From assembly GCA_964016885.1 (NCBI GenBank), contig OZ024740.1:100192001-100256000 (forward strand): a DNA stretch of 64,000 bases, read 5' to 3'. Positions 1 through 13,245 of this stretch are shown here, piece after piece. Below the pieces are notes generated by a model. The model did no database searches, was not told the DNA's origin, and saw only the letters and a list, made by a program, of their open reading frames with translations. This DNA comes from Eledone cirrhosa (lineage: Eukaryota). Position numbers and translations under genes: made by a program. The first letter of the stretch is position 1. Each line of letters opens with the position of its first letter.

Positions 1-341
1 TCTTCATGGACTCTCTGAACATTTATATTTTCTCCTGTATATTTTTATTTTTGAAAGCATTCATGGATTTCTCACAGATTCTTTTATATTTAAAGTTATT
101 GATATCGTTAACCTTCCTCTAATTGCAGTCTTTTGCCACAGGAACTGACAGATGGTCCTAGAGGTAATACAATAATAGCCTTATCACTGTATTGTCTTCC
201 ATACAGTTTGTGAATGTATTATCTATTTGATTGGTTCAGTCCAATTTAATTTGGTTGTCTAATAATAGTTGGATATAAACCTTTCAGTACTTTCATACTT
301 ATATGGATTTAACAAGTCTATTGAGATATCTGTAAATGTAT

Positions 342-683
342 GGAGGCACATGGCTTAGTGGTTAGAGCATTGGCCTTGCAATCGAAAGATTGCGAGTTCA
401 ATTCTCAGACCGGGTGATGTGTTGTTTCCTTGAGCAAGACACTTTATTTCACATTGCTCCAGTTTACTCAGCTGTAGAAATGAGATGATAGGGACTGGGG
501 TCCCTATCATTCCACTGCAAAGTGGTCGTGTAGGTGCCACGGCAAAAAAGCACCCAGCACTCACTGTAAATGAGATTGGTGTTAGGAAGGGCATCCAGCT
601 GTAGAAATCAAGCCAGAATCAGTTCCTGTCCCACCCTTGCAAGCAGGGAAAAGCAGACGTAAAATGATGATGATGAATGATGA
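342..683 (+). mobile_element. tRNA-derived SINE, family A (full length)
   Basis: Head GGAGGCACATGGCTTAGTGGTTAGAGC (A box) ... GAGTTCAATTC (B box); 3' tail CCCTTGCAAGCAGGGAAAAGCAGACGTAAAATGATGATGA; several near-identical copies in the window. Confidence 0.85.
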
Positions 684-1291
684 GCATGTCCTATGAATTG
701 TTTTATAACACTACTGCCATCTAATCCTTAAATATTAGATCCAGGTGTTCTGCATACACAACTCCCAATTACATTTTTCTCTCTATAGACATCTATTGTC
801 ATACATTCAAGCAATGATCAACAGTTGTCATCAGCTTTTCTATCACATAATAATTGAAGCTTTTATCCACATTCAAAGCTATACCTGCTTCACTCTCTCT
901 CTTTTTTTTTTTTTTTTCATATTCAATATCCACACCGTCCCTCAAGGATTATCCAATTCTCTGATATAGCTATTACAATTGAATAGTTTCTTCAACTGAT
1001 TCTATTCTTTGATGTTTTGGAAGTTGGTATATAGGATTCTGCTGTTAAATTAATATATTATGTTCTGCTTCAAACTACTGTTTAATAACAGTAGTTGTTG
1101 ATAATGACAAAAATATTGTCCTGATTATTACCCTCCTTCTGGAATTTCTGATCTGTGTATTCAATAGTTTTCAAACAAATTTTGTCATATTCTGTGATCC
1201 ATGTTGTCTGCTACCAATCATTATTTCTTGATGGAATTAAATGGCATTAATCAGCAGAAGACAAGGTTGTATCTTGCATCATTATTTAGTC

Positions 1292-1585
1292 GGTGTGGAT
1301 TGGCAGTATCGGTAGAGAGTCGGACGCCATGCTTTCCAGCATAGTTACGTCCTCCCTTTACAGTCTGAGTTCAAATCCCGCCGAGGTTAACTTTGCCTTT
1401 CATCCTTACGGGGTCGATAAAATAAAGTACCAGTAATGTACTGGGTAATTGATGGACTTGTGCCAAAAGTAGAAACAATTATTTAGTCTACTTTGCCTTT
1501 CATCCTTACGGGGTCGATAAAATAGAGTACCAGTAATGCACTGGGATAATTGGTGGCCTGGTGCCAAAAGTAGAAACAATTATTT
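1292..1585 (+). mobile_element. SINE family B, with partial tandem duplication of its 3' half
   Basis: GTGGATTGGCAGTATCGGTAGAG...CTGAGTTCAAATCCCGCCGAGGTTAACTTTGCCTTTCATCCTTACGGGGTCGATAAAATAAAGTACCAGT; the core resembles the Nin/Deu-type SINE domain; more than 10 copies in the window. Confidence 0.8.
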
Positions 1586-1784
1586 AGTCTACCTAAGATT
1601 ATTCCTTATCTTATTATGTAGCTAAATCGTCTTATCTTTGGGGACCAGCATGCTAACCTATTCTGGTATTCTCTTTAGTTTTATAATCATTTTATAGTTT
1701 ATTGTCCTTGTAAATTAGAATTTTCTGCTTTTTCGTGTAACCCTGACCTAACATAGGGATAACCAACTTTGCTTTTCCACACCG

Positions 1785-2158
1785 TCCCTCATCTCAATAC
1801 ATTTGTCTTCTATAACATGTAACACATTGTAAGATCATATCTTGTAAATATCATGCCGCACCCTTCACCCCACCACCACCAACAAACACTTCGCCATACA
1901 TCCCTCATCTCAATACTATTGTGTTCTATGTGTCTTCTCTGTCAGGTATTAACTTGTAACCCATCGTAAAATCCAATCCTGTAAATATGATGTCGCACAA
2001 ATCATCCCCACCACCACCAAACACATCGCCATACATCCACCACCCCTCAGTCCAGTACCCTGTGTTCCCTATGTCACTTTTTAACCTGTAATCCATCGTA
2101 AAATTCGACCCAGCAAATATCATGTCGCAACCACCACCACCAGACACATCGCCTTACT
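1785..2158. repeat. Three degenerate ~120-135 bp tandem units
   Basis: Recurring CCCTCA..CAATAC / GTAAATATCATGTCGCA / CCACCACCACCAAACACATCGCCATAC blocks. Confidence 0.6.
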
Positions 2159-2774
2159 TACACAACCATCAACATCACCAACACATATGATCCCTCCTTT
2201 AACAACGCATGTGTGTGTGTCTGTGTGTAGACATATCTGTACGAACGCCATCCCCACTGGCTCTCTCCTCCGCTCTCTCTCACTGTATATATATATACTG
2301 CTTCCCCGTTCTCTCTGTTTCTCTCACCTTCTTTCGCCCCCTCTGTCAGTTATACTTTCTCTCGACTGACCGCTTCCTCGCACTTCCACTCACTCACTCT
2401 CTGTTTCTCCCCTTCTCACTTCCTCCCGTTTGGCTTACAGTGGGTCTCTTCTTGTTTACATCTCACTCACGTCGGACGTCTGTACCTTTCGCTCATGAAA
2501 TCCATCCAGCTTATGCTGACCAGAACAACCACGTTGCTTGTTTTTTTCCTTTATTTGGTTTGCTTTTATCCTTCTATGTTGTTCACTTGTCCCCCTCGCT
2601 TTACGCGATTTACTGGTCCCAATAACTTTTTTTAGTTATTGCTCACACCAACCTGAGGTATATGATTTTTGGTGCGATGAAATACCAATGATGGTTGGAA
2701 AATCACTGGCGAAGGACTATGTTTATCATATGTAACCCATGTGCAACCACGCAGTATTTTTCTTTCTTCTCATG

Positions 2775-2847
<73 letters not shown>

Positions 2848-3482
2848 GTGTGTATCTATACTACGTATTTGTCAGACTTAATGTGTCTATGTATGTATCT
2901 CCTTATGGAAATGAAACCACGAACACAATCATCACAGCACCATAAATAACGCAACCTTTCATCTTTATGAACAACATCACCACACACAAAAATCAGCGAC
3001 ATATACATGCCAAACTGTCTACTGACAGCCAGCACTCCCACATCACTGCCCACTTCAACCTGCGATCGACACCACAACATTTTTCACCACACCCACCCCC
3101 ACATACACTACAGGCAAAAACATCCCTATGAACTAATCCACCAATCAAAACAAACTTTACTGACCACCATAGGAACTTCTGACTTTATCATAAAGCATGT
3201 ATTCATTTTCCATTAACATTATAAGGGGTCTCACGAGCCATGGATTACAGAGTCAGGGCAGATCGATACAGATGGAACCTTGAGCTGGTCAGTGGCTAAA
3301 CGGGTGTCACCAACCAATAAACATAATGAAGGAGCAACCAATCATCCTTGTTATCTTATTTAACTATAATATACTCTGTATAGCTCTACACCTCAACACT
3401 GAAGTGAACCTAAATATTGAGTGCTCACCTGGGTGAACCTACAGTAACTCCAAGTTACACTCCCTGATTATATATATATATA

Positions 3483-4045
3483 TAAACGGAAAAAGGAAAC
3501 GAAATTTCATTTCCCACTCTTAGTACGGCTGTTACTTAAATATAAGTATGTACACGTACATACATATATGTATACAGACGTACAGTAGTATGTATATATA
3601 TATATATACATATATACGTACATACATATATTTAAGTAACAGCCGTACTAAGAGTGGGAAATGAAATTTCGTTTCATTTTTCCGTTTATCGTTTTCGGTG
3701 CACCCGGCCGATTAACCCACTCGATATGAAAATTGGGCTACTCAGCCGTAAATATGAATAAGGTAAGTATATACGTTCAACAATCTGGCAGGAAGGTATA
3801 CGTTGCTGACGATAGCTAATAAGATTTAAACTAGTACAGCGTTCCTTTGTTAGTGTTGAACAAACGAGCAACGATGGTTGCTGGACACTACGGCTTAATA
3901 CGGGATGTTTGTTTACAAAGACACCGAGCATTATAATACATGTTCGGTGAATCCATACGTACATATATATATGTGTGCATGTATGTATATATATATATAC
4001 ATACTACTGTACGTATGTATACATATATGTATGTATGTGTACATA

Positions 4046-4050
<5 letters not shown>
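3483..4050 (+). mobile_element. PLE-like terminal-repeat (pLTR) remnant with short inverted segment; same family as 18348-19110
   Basis: 3483-3545 is inverted relative to 3625-3688; body is homologous to 18.35-19.1 kb; degenerate hammerhead at 3800-3842 (GAAA>TAAA); flanked by (TA)n. Confidence 0.65.
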
Positions 4051-4118
<68 letters not shown>

Positions 4119-7100
4119 ACATATCCATATGTATATACTTATGCATATATACCTCAGTGTGTATGTATACACAAAATTAATCACATGCATATGGACAAAA
4201 ACTTATATATGATATTTTAGGCCATGAAGATGACTATAACTTACACTTCAATGAAGCACAACAAGTAATATATAACTAAAATATCTGCTACACCTCTTGA
4301 AGCAATACCAGTGTCCAGTTATTTGATGAATGCACTGTAGGAGATTCCAAATAATGGCAATAGTAGGCATACATAAATAGATAAATCAATTACATATATC
4401 TGTGAGTATGTGTGCATGTGTATTGAAGATAACTTCTTTATCTTTATGTGAAAGAGAATGTAACAAGCAGACATGTAAAAGATTAATTCTGTAACTATTA
4501 CCAACCATGCCATCTCCACGAACATATCTACAGAGTGTCTTCTTGCAAAGTTGATTTTATACATATATTATTGTATGCATGCCATGAGAAATGACAACAT
4601 ATGCATTGATATTTTGCTAAGTGCTTGAACAACTTCATGTGAAAGCCATGGGTTCCAATAAAGCAGCTAAATGGCAAAGCATCTGATAGAAAATCTTATA
4701 GTATTCATCCTGCTATTTTGCATTCTGAGTTCAAATCACACTGAGGTTAACATTGCCTTTCATCATTTCGTGATCAATAAATATATTATTAGTCAAATAC
4801 TGAGGTTGATTCACTCCCTCTTTCTCCTGCACTCTCTTTTTCTCTCAATCATTCTATCTGAATTGGCTATGTTGTGCCAAAAGCTTGAGCATAGAAGACC
4901 TCTTACAACATCCCTTTCTCCAGAAATGGAGAAGAGATGAATGAGGAGCTAGTAATATCTCAAAGGCAAATTGATATATTGCAGAGGAAGGCTCAAGAAA
5001 GCTAGACAGAACAATAATACTAATAATGACGTTTATCCACCTACCTGTAACTTTATGGATCATATCAACTGTCCTCTAAATGAATATGTCCTGCCAAAGG
5101 TGAAATCTACAATGTACATGTCCAAATTAATCACAATCTTTCATAAAGATGAAAAATAAGTTTATGACATTCATACCAGCATAATTATTTTAGATATCCA
5201 GTAAAACAGACATCTACACACTTGTTAAAATAATATTTCGTTTTTGAACTACACTAGCCTATCTTACCAGATGCATACAAGTAACGTTCCCACTTGTATT
5301 CAAGTGAGAGAAGCTTTCATTTTATTCCTAGGTGACAATGTTTTGAGTAAAAATTACGAACTACTCTTTTCTAACAGATATGCTAATAAGTACTACCTAT
5401 ATGATTTTGACTGTCCGATGCCTGAAGTCTATTGAAGAGACTCGTGTCGAAACATAGGCTCTTAATCACCAACTTTACCGATACAATTATTCTAATTTTC
5501 CTTTTATTAATTACTGCTATTTGTTTTTATAATAAAAACAACAATTGTCTTTCTTTTTTAACTGTTTATATTTCAGATAGCAAATTGGCAGAGTCATTAG
5601 AACATCAGATTAAATACATCAATATCCATTCTAGCGCTTTGTGTTTTTGTTAAAATCATTCCGAGGTCAGCTTTGCCTTTCATCCTTTCATATTAATGAA
5701 TTATGTATCAGCCCAGGGGGGAGGGGGGGGGGGGAACTTGGCAGAATAATTAAAGAATTGGACACAAGATGCATTGTGGTATCTGTTACAAATATGTACA
5801 TTCTGATTTCAGATCCTACCACCTATCACTGAAAAAGTGGTGATGCTTCTACTAGAAGTTGCTATTAAAAGGTAGTATCAGCAATGGAAAGACAAATGAA
5901 AAAATAGTTTACTCGGTCTGATTTGATGATCAGCTTCTTCTATTTTCTTTTATTTATTTCCTTATATTTCAATAAGCCCGAAGAGTCTTGTGAACCTATT
6001 TATCAATAGTTTCCTTATATTGTTCAACAATAGTTGACTATAAATTGAATATTCACTTTATTCAAAATATTTATTCAAACTATTTATTCAATCTGTTTTC
6101 AATATAAACCACCACCTCCATGTTGTTTCAAGATGTTTCCGTTTACATACTCTTGTATTTCTGATATTTTTGTATTCCTTTTAGTACATATTGTTAAAGT
6201 GTTTCATACACATTTTCTCTATTTATTAATTTGCAAATTCTCAATATCCATATACTCTTCAATGCCCTTGTATCTCAATATCCATATCATACTCTAAATT
6301 AATGGATTCTTCTTCTTCTTCTTCTTCTTCTATCTTTACTTGTTTTATCTTGTTTTCTCATCTCTCTCTTTCTCTCTCCACTTGTCTCTCTCTTCTCACT
6401 CTGTTCTCTTCCCTGATTTTATTACATTCATATGTGCAAACATATATGCAAACTCATACAGACACACATATGTATAAGATGTTATCAGATATTTTCTGAA
6501 CTACACAAGCTTTTATGGTACTATTCATTGGAAAGAAAAGGGTGCTCAGTTCATGAACCTTAATAAGCAGTCTACTGAGTCATTTCTACAAATAGGTTTC
6601 TTGCTATCTACAAAATTAATTATTATGCAAAATTTTATAATTTTGTGTGAGAACAGTATAGCAATTTTTACAATGGCTGATAATCTGATCAACATAATTG
6701 CATAGAGTTTACTATGAAGCTTGACAACACATCTACAGACCCTCTTAAAAAGGCTTTTGGCAGTATTGCTTTCAACTGAACTTAGGTTTTTGGGTGGAGC
6801 CTACAGGTACAGTGGTGTTCAAGGTGATGAGCATTCAGGGTAAGCAATCCTTAGCAAAACAGCAGAAAATGTGCAAAATGTGTCAACTTATCTAAGGGGA
6901 CAATTGCTGCACAATCTACCAGCTCCCACACATGACTAGAATTAGTTATAAGATGCTCATGAAAAATCCATGCATTGCATTTACTGCGAAGTTTGTCCCA
7001 TGGCTCCCGCCATTTGAGCAAAAGCCTGCCTTAATCCCAAAACTAATTTGAAGCTGAAAGTATAGCTAAAAAGCTTTGCAATGGTAGATAAAACTCAAAT

Positions 7101-8737
7101 CAAAGACTGTATTTGATGGTCTTCAAAAAGTGAACGTCCATAATTGAGACATGGAAGATGTGTTGGTATTGCTGATTACAATTCCAAGATAACTAATTTA
7201 AAAACAAATGGAGTATGAATGTAATTTTTTGAGTCCTAGTCAACAGTGTTTCTCTTTTTGGTTTATATTATTACAGTTGCTGTTGGTGTTCTAGTTTTCT
7301 TCTCATCCCCTATCATTAACTGTATCACTTGTCAGATCTGCTGGAGAAGATTGTGGATAATCTATTGGTTTTAATAATGAGCATTTAGATGTTTAACTAA
7401 CTGAATTCCTATTCACAAAATTAATGTTTAAAGCAGCTGAGTATTCCACAGATACATTGTACTCTTAAGAGAGTTCTAGGGATGAATAAATGTGGTACAA
7501 TGTGACAGGGTTGGACATTTGAAGAACAAGCTAGAGAGAGAGATGAGGGTGGAGAGAAATATAAACAGAACTATTCATCTCTTAGATTTAAATTCAAAGG
7601 GTAGAGAACTGAAACAAATACTGGAACATACTTTATCCAACTCAGATAACTCTACCAAATCACGACCTTTTGAAAATATATGAATATATGGAAACAGATA
7701 ACCAAGAGCTAAAAACACAGTCGTCAGGTATTATAAAATAAATAAAACCGTCCATCTGGTCTGCAACCACTGTACAGATATTTCTCTGCAATGATGGCTT
7801 GGCTGGTTAACGTATTTATTTTTTATATGTCTTGTCTTTTATATGTCATTTTTATGATTGTTCTGTAAAAAGTGAAAACTAAACAATAAAAATGCAATTT
7901 AGTTTCAGGTATGCATATTTCTACCTTCCTACATACAAATTTTTGTTATTCAAATGTTAATTTTCTTTTAGTGTTCTTTTAATTCAATTCCATAATGAGA
8001 ATTGGACAAGTAAATGTGTAGGAATAGAATGCTGGCATTTGGAGAACTTTTTCTCTAAGCCTTAAATCTTTCTTATTTGTTCCGATCTTCTAAGATTAGA
8101 TTAGATTAGTTTTTTTTCTATCCAAATATGAGGAATAGCAATGCTACCATAAAATTTCTTTAAAAACACAAAACATATTGTCTTTACACTCATATATCTT
8201 TCATTTGTGTTCAACCTGTATATGTTTGAAAGTAAAAGCTAAATTCAATTAGGAGAAGCAATATACAGTTAACAGCTGCTCAACTAGAATGTGTACTAAA
8301 TTTCTGAAAAATCAAATAAACTGTGTCTTTTGACAGGTTTACTCCAAAACTAGATCCGTTTGGGTGACTAATTTGGAACATTGGCATTGTATAGTTTTAT
8401 AAAATACAATTGACATCATGAGCAACATATGCTCACAACTATGTGTTATATATATAGGCACATATACATGTATACATCAACACTCACACAAATATACTTA
8501 CATACACTACGTATACAAATGTGTGTTTGTACATACATATATATATATAAATATATATATATTTAATATAGACATGTCTTATACAGGACTAGATCCGTTT
8601 CATTCGAAGGAAATCGTCAGGAAGGCCCTGATGAAACAGTTCTAGTCCTGTTAAAGCCATTTCTATATTAAATATTTATACTCTGCTATGTATTGAGTAC
8701 CTTACTTACTGTGGTTACCCTCGACTGAACCTGGGAT

Positions 8738-8794
<57 letters not shown>

Positions 8795-8977
8795 TATAGA
8801 TATAGATAGGTAAATATAAACGGGTGTGTATGATTGTGTATAGAAGATTATATTAATAAGAGGAATTCCAACTTTGTCTGATTTACTCGTTTTATTTACA
8901 ATCCTTTAAAATATATATCATATAATATGGTATTATAATGAAATAGTATGATAGAATATTAAATTCTAAGTGTTAAT

Positions 8978-9016
8978 TGAACAAGTACTTTCATGCTTTC
9001 GCAATCTTCAGGTTCA
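8978..9016 (-). ncRNA. Minimal type I hammerhead ribozyme in pLTR
   Basis: Minus strand TGAAC-CTGAAGA-TTGC GAAA GCAT-GAAA-GTAC-TT-GTTCA: stem I, CUGANGA core, stem II, GAAA, palindromic loop III, UH. Confidence 0.75.
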
Positions 9017-9396
9017 TGATATGTGGTGACAGTCGAGTTTGCAATTTTCAACTGTAATGAGATGGGTAAATTTACTACCTTTTATACATTTTATACAGAG
9101 AAAAGTGGCTCCAGAATGCAAAGCCCTGTAAACTGTATTTCGACCAATCAGTCTGTAGTTTCACTGAATTACTACAGCTGATTGGTTTAAGCGTCACGGC
9201 TGGTTGAGGATGCTAACGACCAATAGTCATACCCAACGTATCAATTGTTTTGCTTTTTGAAATGATGAAAATAGCATTTTCTATTAATCATCACCATCAA
9301 TATCACTTTTATTATTATTATTATTGTTGTTGTTGTTGTTGTTGTTGTTAGTGGTCGTGGTCATAGTGGTAGTAGAAGTAATAGCCCTAGGCGTTA

Positions 9397-11709
9397 TTAT
9401 TGTTCATTTAGCTTGGGTTTGAATTTATCAATAAAATTCTTTTCTTTGATTTTTCTCTTGATTTCACTTGGGCTGTGTAATTTGTAGAATGGGAATATTA
9501 TAAATATTCCCTGACCACATGTTACCAGGTGGCCGCTTAGGGGTATCTGACGGACATTTGGGTCTCTGATTTGTTGACGGTGTACCCGTGCACGTTCCGA
9601 TAGTGCATTTCCAGTTTGACCGACATATAGTTCTTCACAATTCGGGCATTTAATGCTGTAAATTAGATTTCTGCTTTTGCAGTTCATATTTGCATTTGGG
9701 AATATTTTTCCAGTTTTTGTTTTCATATATTGACCGGCGTGTATGGATTGACATGTGCCGCATCGATTATCATTGCATTTAGATACAGTGAATGATTGGT
9801 CTTTGTTGTTAAGGTCAAACTTTGCTTTTGTTAGCAATTGCTTCAAATTTTTTGGCTGTCTTTTACTAAGAGTCAAAGATCGATCTGTGATTAAGCCTTT
9901 TAATTCATTACTTTGAGCAATGATCGGTAGGTTTGCTTTGGCAGTGTTGAATATATTCTGGTGACATGGATTGTGTGTCATTATAAATGGTATGACCAGT
10001 TCTTGGTTTCTTCTTCCTTGGGTTGTTCTAAGTTGTTGTATAGGTATTTTTATAGCCCGCTGTATGCCATTTTCTATAAGTAGAGATGGGTATTTTTGTT
10101 TGAGCAAAAATTCTCTTAGTTCTGTTAGGCGTTTGTACCTGGTATTCGTATCTTCTACAATGGTACAAATTCTTCTGGCTAGGCAGTATGGGATGTTGCG
10201 TTTTGTATGAGGTAGAAGGCACGACTTAAAATTCAGATATTGATGGGTGTCTGTGTGTTTATAATATATATCCGTGGTAATGGTGGTGTCGTTTTTGATT
10301 ATCATTATATCTAGGAATGGTAATTTGGTCCTACTCATCTCTTTTGTGAATTGGAGAGATGGGTGTAGGTTATTCAGGAGGATATTGAACTCATCCAGAG
10401 TATCTAGAGATTCTGTCCAGATGATGAAACAGTCGTCAAGGTATCTCTTCCAAGATTTTTCAATGTACTTTCTAAAGTCAGTACTATATTTTTCCTCTAT
10501 TTCTTGGTAGAGTTGTTGTTCTAAGTATCCCATTACAGAGTTCGCGTAAACGGGAGCAAACTTCGTTCCCATCGCTGTGCCTCTAATTTGGATGTAATTC
10601 TTTCCATTGAAGAAGAAAGTGTTGTTTTCCAGAATAAGTTTAACTGCGTCTAATATAAATGGCGCTGTGAATCTAATGGGAATCACTTCTCTATGTATTT
10701 CCACCCAGTATTTAACCGCCTTTATTCCTAAATCATGTGTAATGTTGGTGTAAAGGCTTACCACATCAAAACTGAGTAGAAGTGAATTCGTTTCCGTGGT
10801 TTTGGGAAGATGGGACAGGAAGTCGATATCATCCCGGATGAAACTGGGTATGTGAATACATAGTGGTTTCAAAATAATGTCAACAAAATTGCTTAGACGG
10901 TGAGTGGGGCATGTTGGACCAGCTATAATGGGTCTAAGTTTTAAGTCTTTTGGGTGTAATAATTTAATGTACTCACTGTTTTGTTCTCTTACTGCCAGTT
11001 GTATTTCTTTTGACTTGTGAACTTTCGGTAGGCCATACAGGTTGCTGGGTTTCGGCTCAAAATTGGTGATGTAGTCTCTTTCCTAATCAGTAAATGAGTT
11101 GTGGTATTTTGAAGCCAGGTTGTTGATCTTCTTCATGATGCTGTGGTCTATATTTGACGGTATTTCATGATAGAATGTTGTGTCTTTCAGTTGTTCCTCA
11201 ACCAAATCCTTGTAGTATTCAGTATCCATTATAACAACTGCACCCCCTTTATCTGCTTGTTTAATTATTATTGTTTTATCATTTTGTATACGTTTAAGTG
11301 CAGACATTTCTGATTTGTTAATGTTTGGCCTAACATTAGTATTATGTCTAAGAGGAAATTTAGACAGGATGTCAATGTATTGGTCGAGATAAATATTTCT
11401 TCCTTTTGGCGGAGTGAAATTTGATTTATTCTTTACTAGTCATTCATCACTCTCATTATTTTTATCAGCGAAGAATTCTACAAGACGTAATTTTCGACAG
11501 AATTCTTGGGTATCCTCCTTCAGTTCTTGGTGGTTGACTGTTGGAGTCGGTGTGAATTTCAGTCCTTTTGACAGAATTTGCATTTCATCATTGTCAAGAT
11601 CTCTTTTAGATAAATTAATTATTTTAGGATCTACGTGTACAGCTGTTTTGGGTATGTTTCCTCCTGGAGTTTTTCTTTTTCCGGTTTTTGTTGTCCTGAC
11701 GTTAAAAAA
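9397..11709 (-). pseudogene. PLE RT-GIY-YIG ORF2 (two in-frame stops)
   Basis: Same translation as 14517-16829: INLS..SKGLKFTPTP, ADKGG, FDVVSLYTNI, GTAMG, RYLDD, LIY..CPNC..YVGQT. Confidence 0.9.
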
Positions 11710-12961
11710 TGAATTTTTCTCTTTTCAGGATTTATATTCCTGTTGGTGTTCGCTTGATGAACTTTTGGTCGTGATATTATATTTGGTTTCGTTATGTATT
11801 TTGTCCTATTTTTGGTATTCTGTATATTATTTTTCTTCCTGTTAGCATTATTTTTAACAGTCTGGGAAAATGACCTAGGTTTGTTTTCAGGTTTAGATCG
11901 TTTTTTCGTCCAGTTTCTTGTGGGCAATCTCTGTTGAGATCTTGAGAGTGATCTGGTTATTCCACGTTTTGTTTCCACATTCCTTGTTGGTAGTCTCTGT
12001 TGAGATCTTGAGAATGATCTCCTGGTTTTACTACTTCTCATGGTCTGGTCAAAGGAATACCTATCGTGTTTGTGCTTTTTGTTCATGTTGTGTGCGATAG
12101 GGTGTTTTTGTAGAAAAAGCGAAGAGTTATTACCGTAGTTCTTCTTTGATTCAAGGTAAGGTGAGTGTTTGTGTTGGCACGTGTTCTGGCGTATGTTGTG
12201 TTGATGAGATTGTCCACTTTTAATGCTTTTTCTCAGGGTTCCAGAGTCTTTACCGTAATTTGCAGCATATTCATCGAGAAATAATTGTTTCTGCTGCCAT
12301 ACCTTTCTTGATTTGTTTTCTTCTTTTGAGATATCTCCGATCTATAGTTCTCGTAGTTTTTCAGCTTTGAAATTTCAACTTCAATTTGGTCATCAATAGC
12401 TTCATATTTGGCTTTGTAGCGGGATTGTTTACATTCAGAAATGGAGATGTCGGTCCTGAATTTTGTCAATGTAAGTTCCCATCGGAGTTTTGTTTCTTCT
12501 TCTGGTTCTCCTGCAATTTCTGTAATTAGGTATTTACGAGGGAGTATGGGTGCCGTTAGAGAGAGCCATTTCGAATGTGTTTCGACATATTTTTCGCATC
12601 TGTATGCTTTCCAGAAATTTTGTTTTCTTATGTTAAGGAATTTTTTCCATGTCTTCCACATTTCTTTTCTTATTCGATGTGTTTTGTTTTCCAAATTTCT
12701 TTCGTTTATTTCTGACATCCAAGGGGGTTGTGGTAGGCTTTCTCTTGTATCTTTGATAACTGTTGGTATAATTTCAGCTAAATTCTTAATTTCAGAGTTT
12801 ACATGTTCAGTTATAAGTTTTCCGTCTGTAGATTGTTTTTCTATTTCCTTTAAAGTAGAGGATTGTGTGTCCATCATCGTGATAAGTGTTGATAATTTCG
12901 ATGATATCTCCTTTAGAATTCTTTCTGATTCTGTTGGTTTCATTTGTTGCTTTCCAGACAT
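11631..12961 (-). pseudogene. PLE ORF1 (coiled-coil + basic), frameshifted by a 19-bp deletion
   Basis: Homologous to 13246-14595; lacks the 19 bp equivalent to 13845-13863 but has TAT where the right copy has TAA. Confidence 0.8.
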
Positions 12962-13000
12962 GTTGGCATATACACAATAGGAATATATATATAGATATCG

Positions 13001-13039
13001 TGAACCTGAAGATTGCGAAAGCATGAAAGTACTTGTTCA
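13001..13039 (+). ncRNA. Minimal hammerhead ribozyme (central pLTR)
   Basis: TGAAC CTGAAGA TTGCGAAAGCAT GAAA GTAC TT GTTCA. Confidence 0.75.
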
Positions 13040-13245
13040 ATTAACACTTAGAATTTAATATTCTATCATACTATTTCATTATAATACCATATTATATATA
13101 TTTCAAAGGATTGTAAATAAAACGAGTAAATCAGACAAAGTTGGAATTCCTCTTATTAATATAATCTTCTATACACAATCATACACACCCGTGTATATTT
13201 ACCTATCTATATCTATATATATATTCCTATTGTGTATATGCCAAC

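Larger units (their letters stand above)
8791..12998 (-). mobile_element. Penelope-like retroelement (RT + GIY-YIG), left inverted copy
   Basis: Reverse complement of 13209-17377; 3' pLTR with hammerhead ends in (TA)n at 8757-8790. Confidence 0.92.

Noticed and set aside
342-415. tRNA gene
   Set aside because: The tRNA-like head continues into a ~340-bp dispersed repeat with a LINE-like tail, so it is a SINE.
355-594. Recurrent 79-aa ORF MPFLTP...CSNH (also 38472, 31488, 42058)
   Set aside because: Antisense reading of SINE family A; recurrence reflects the repeat, not coding conservation.
6650-7200. Possible Tc1/mariner or LINE relic (similar faint relics at 1-340, 690-1260, 31780-33190, 44100-44760, 49070-50460, 52900-53200)
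   Set aside because: Only scattered motif-like hints; too decayed to call with boundaries without a search.
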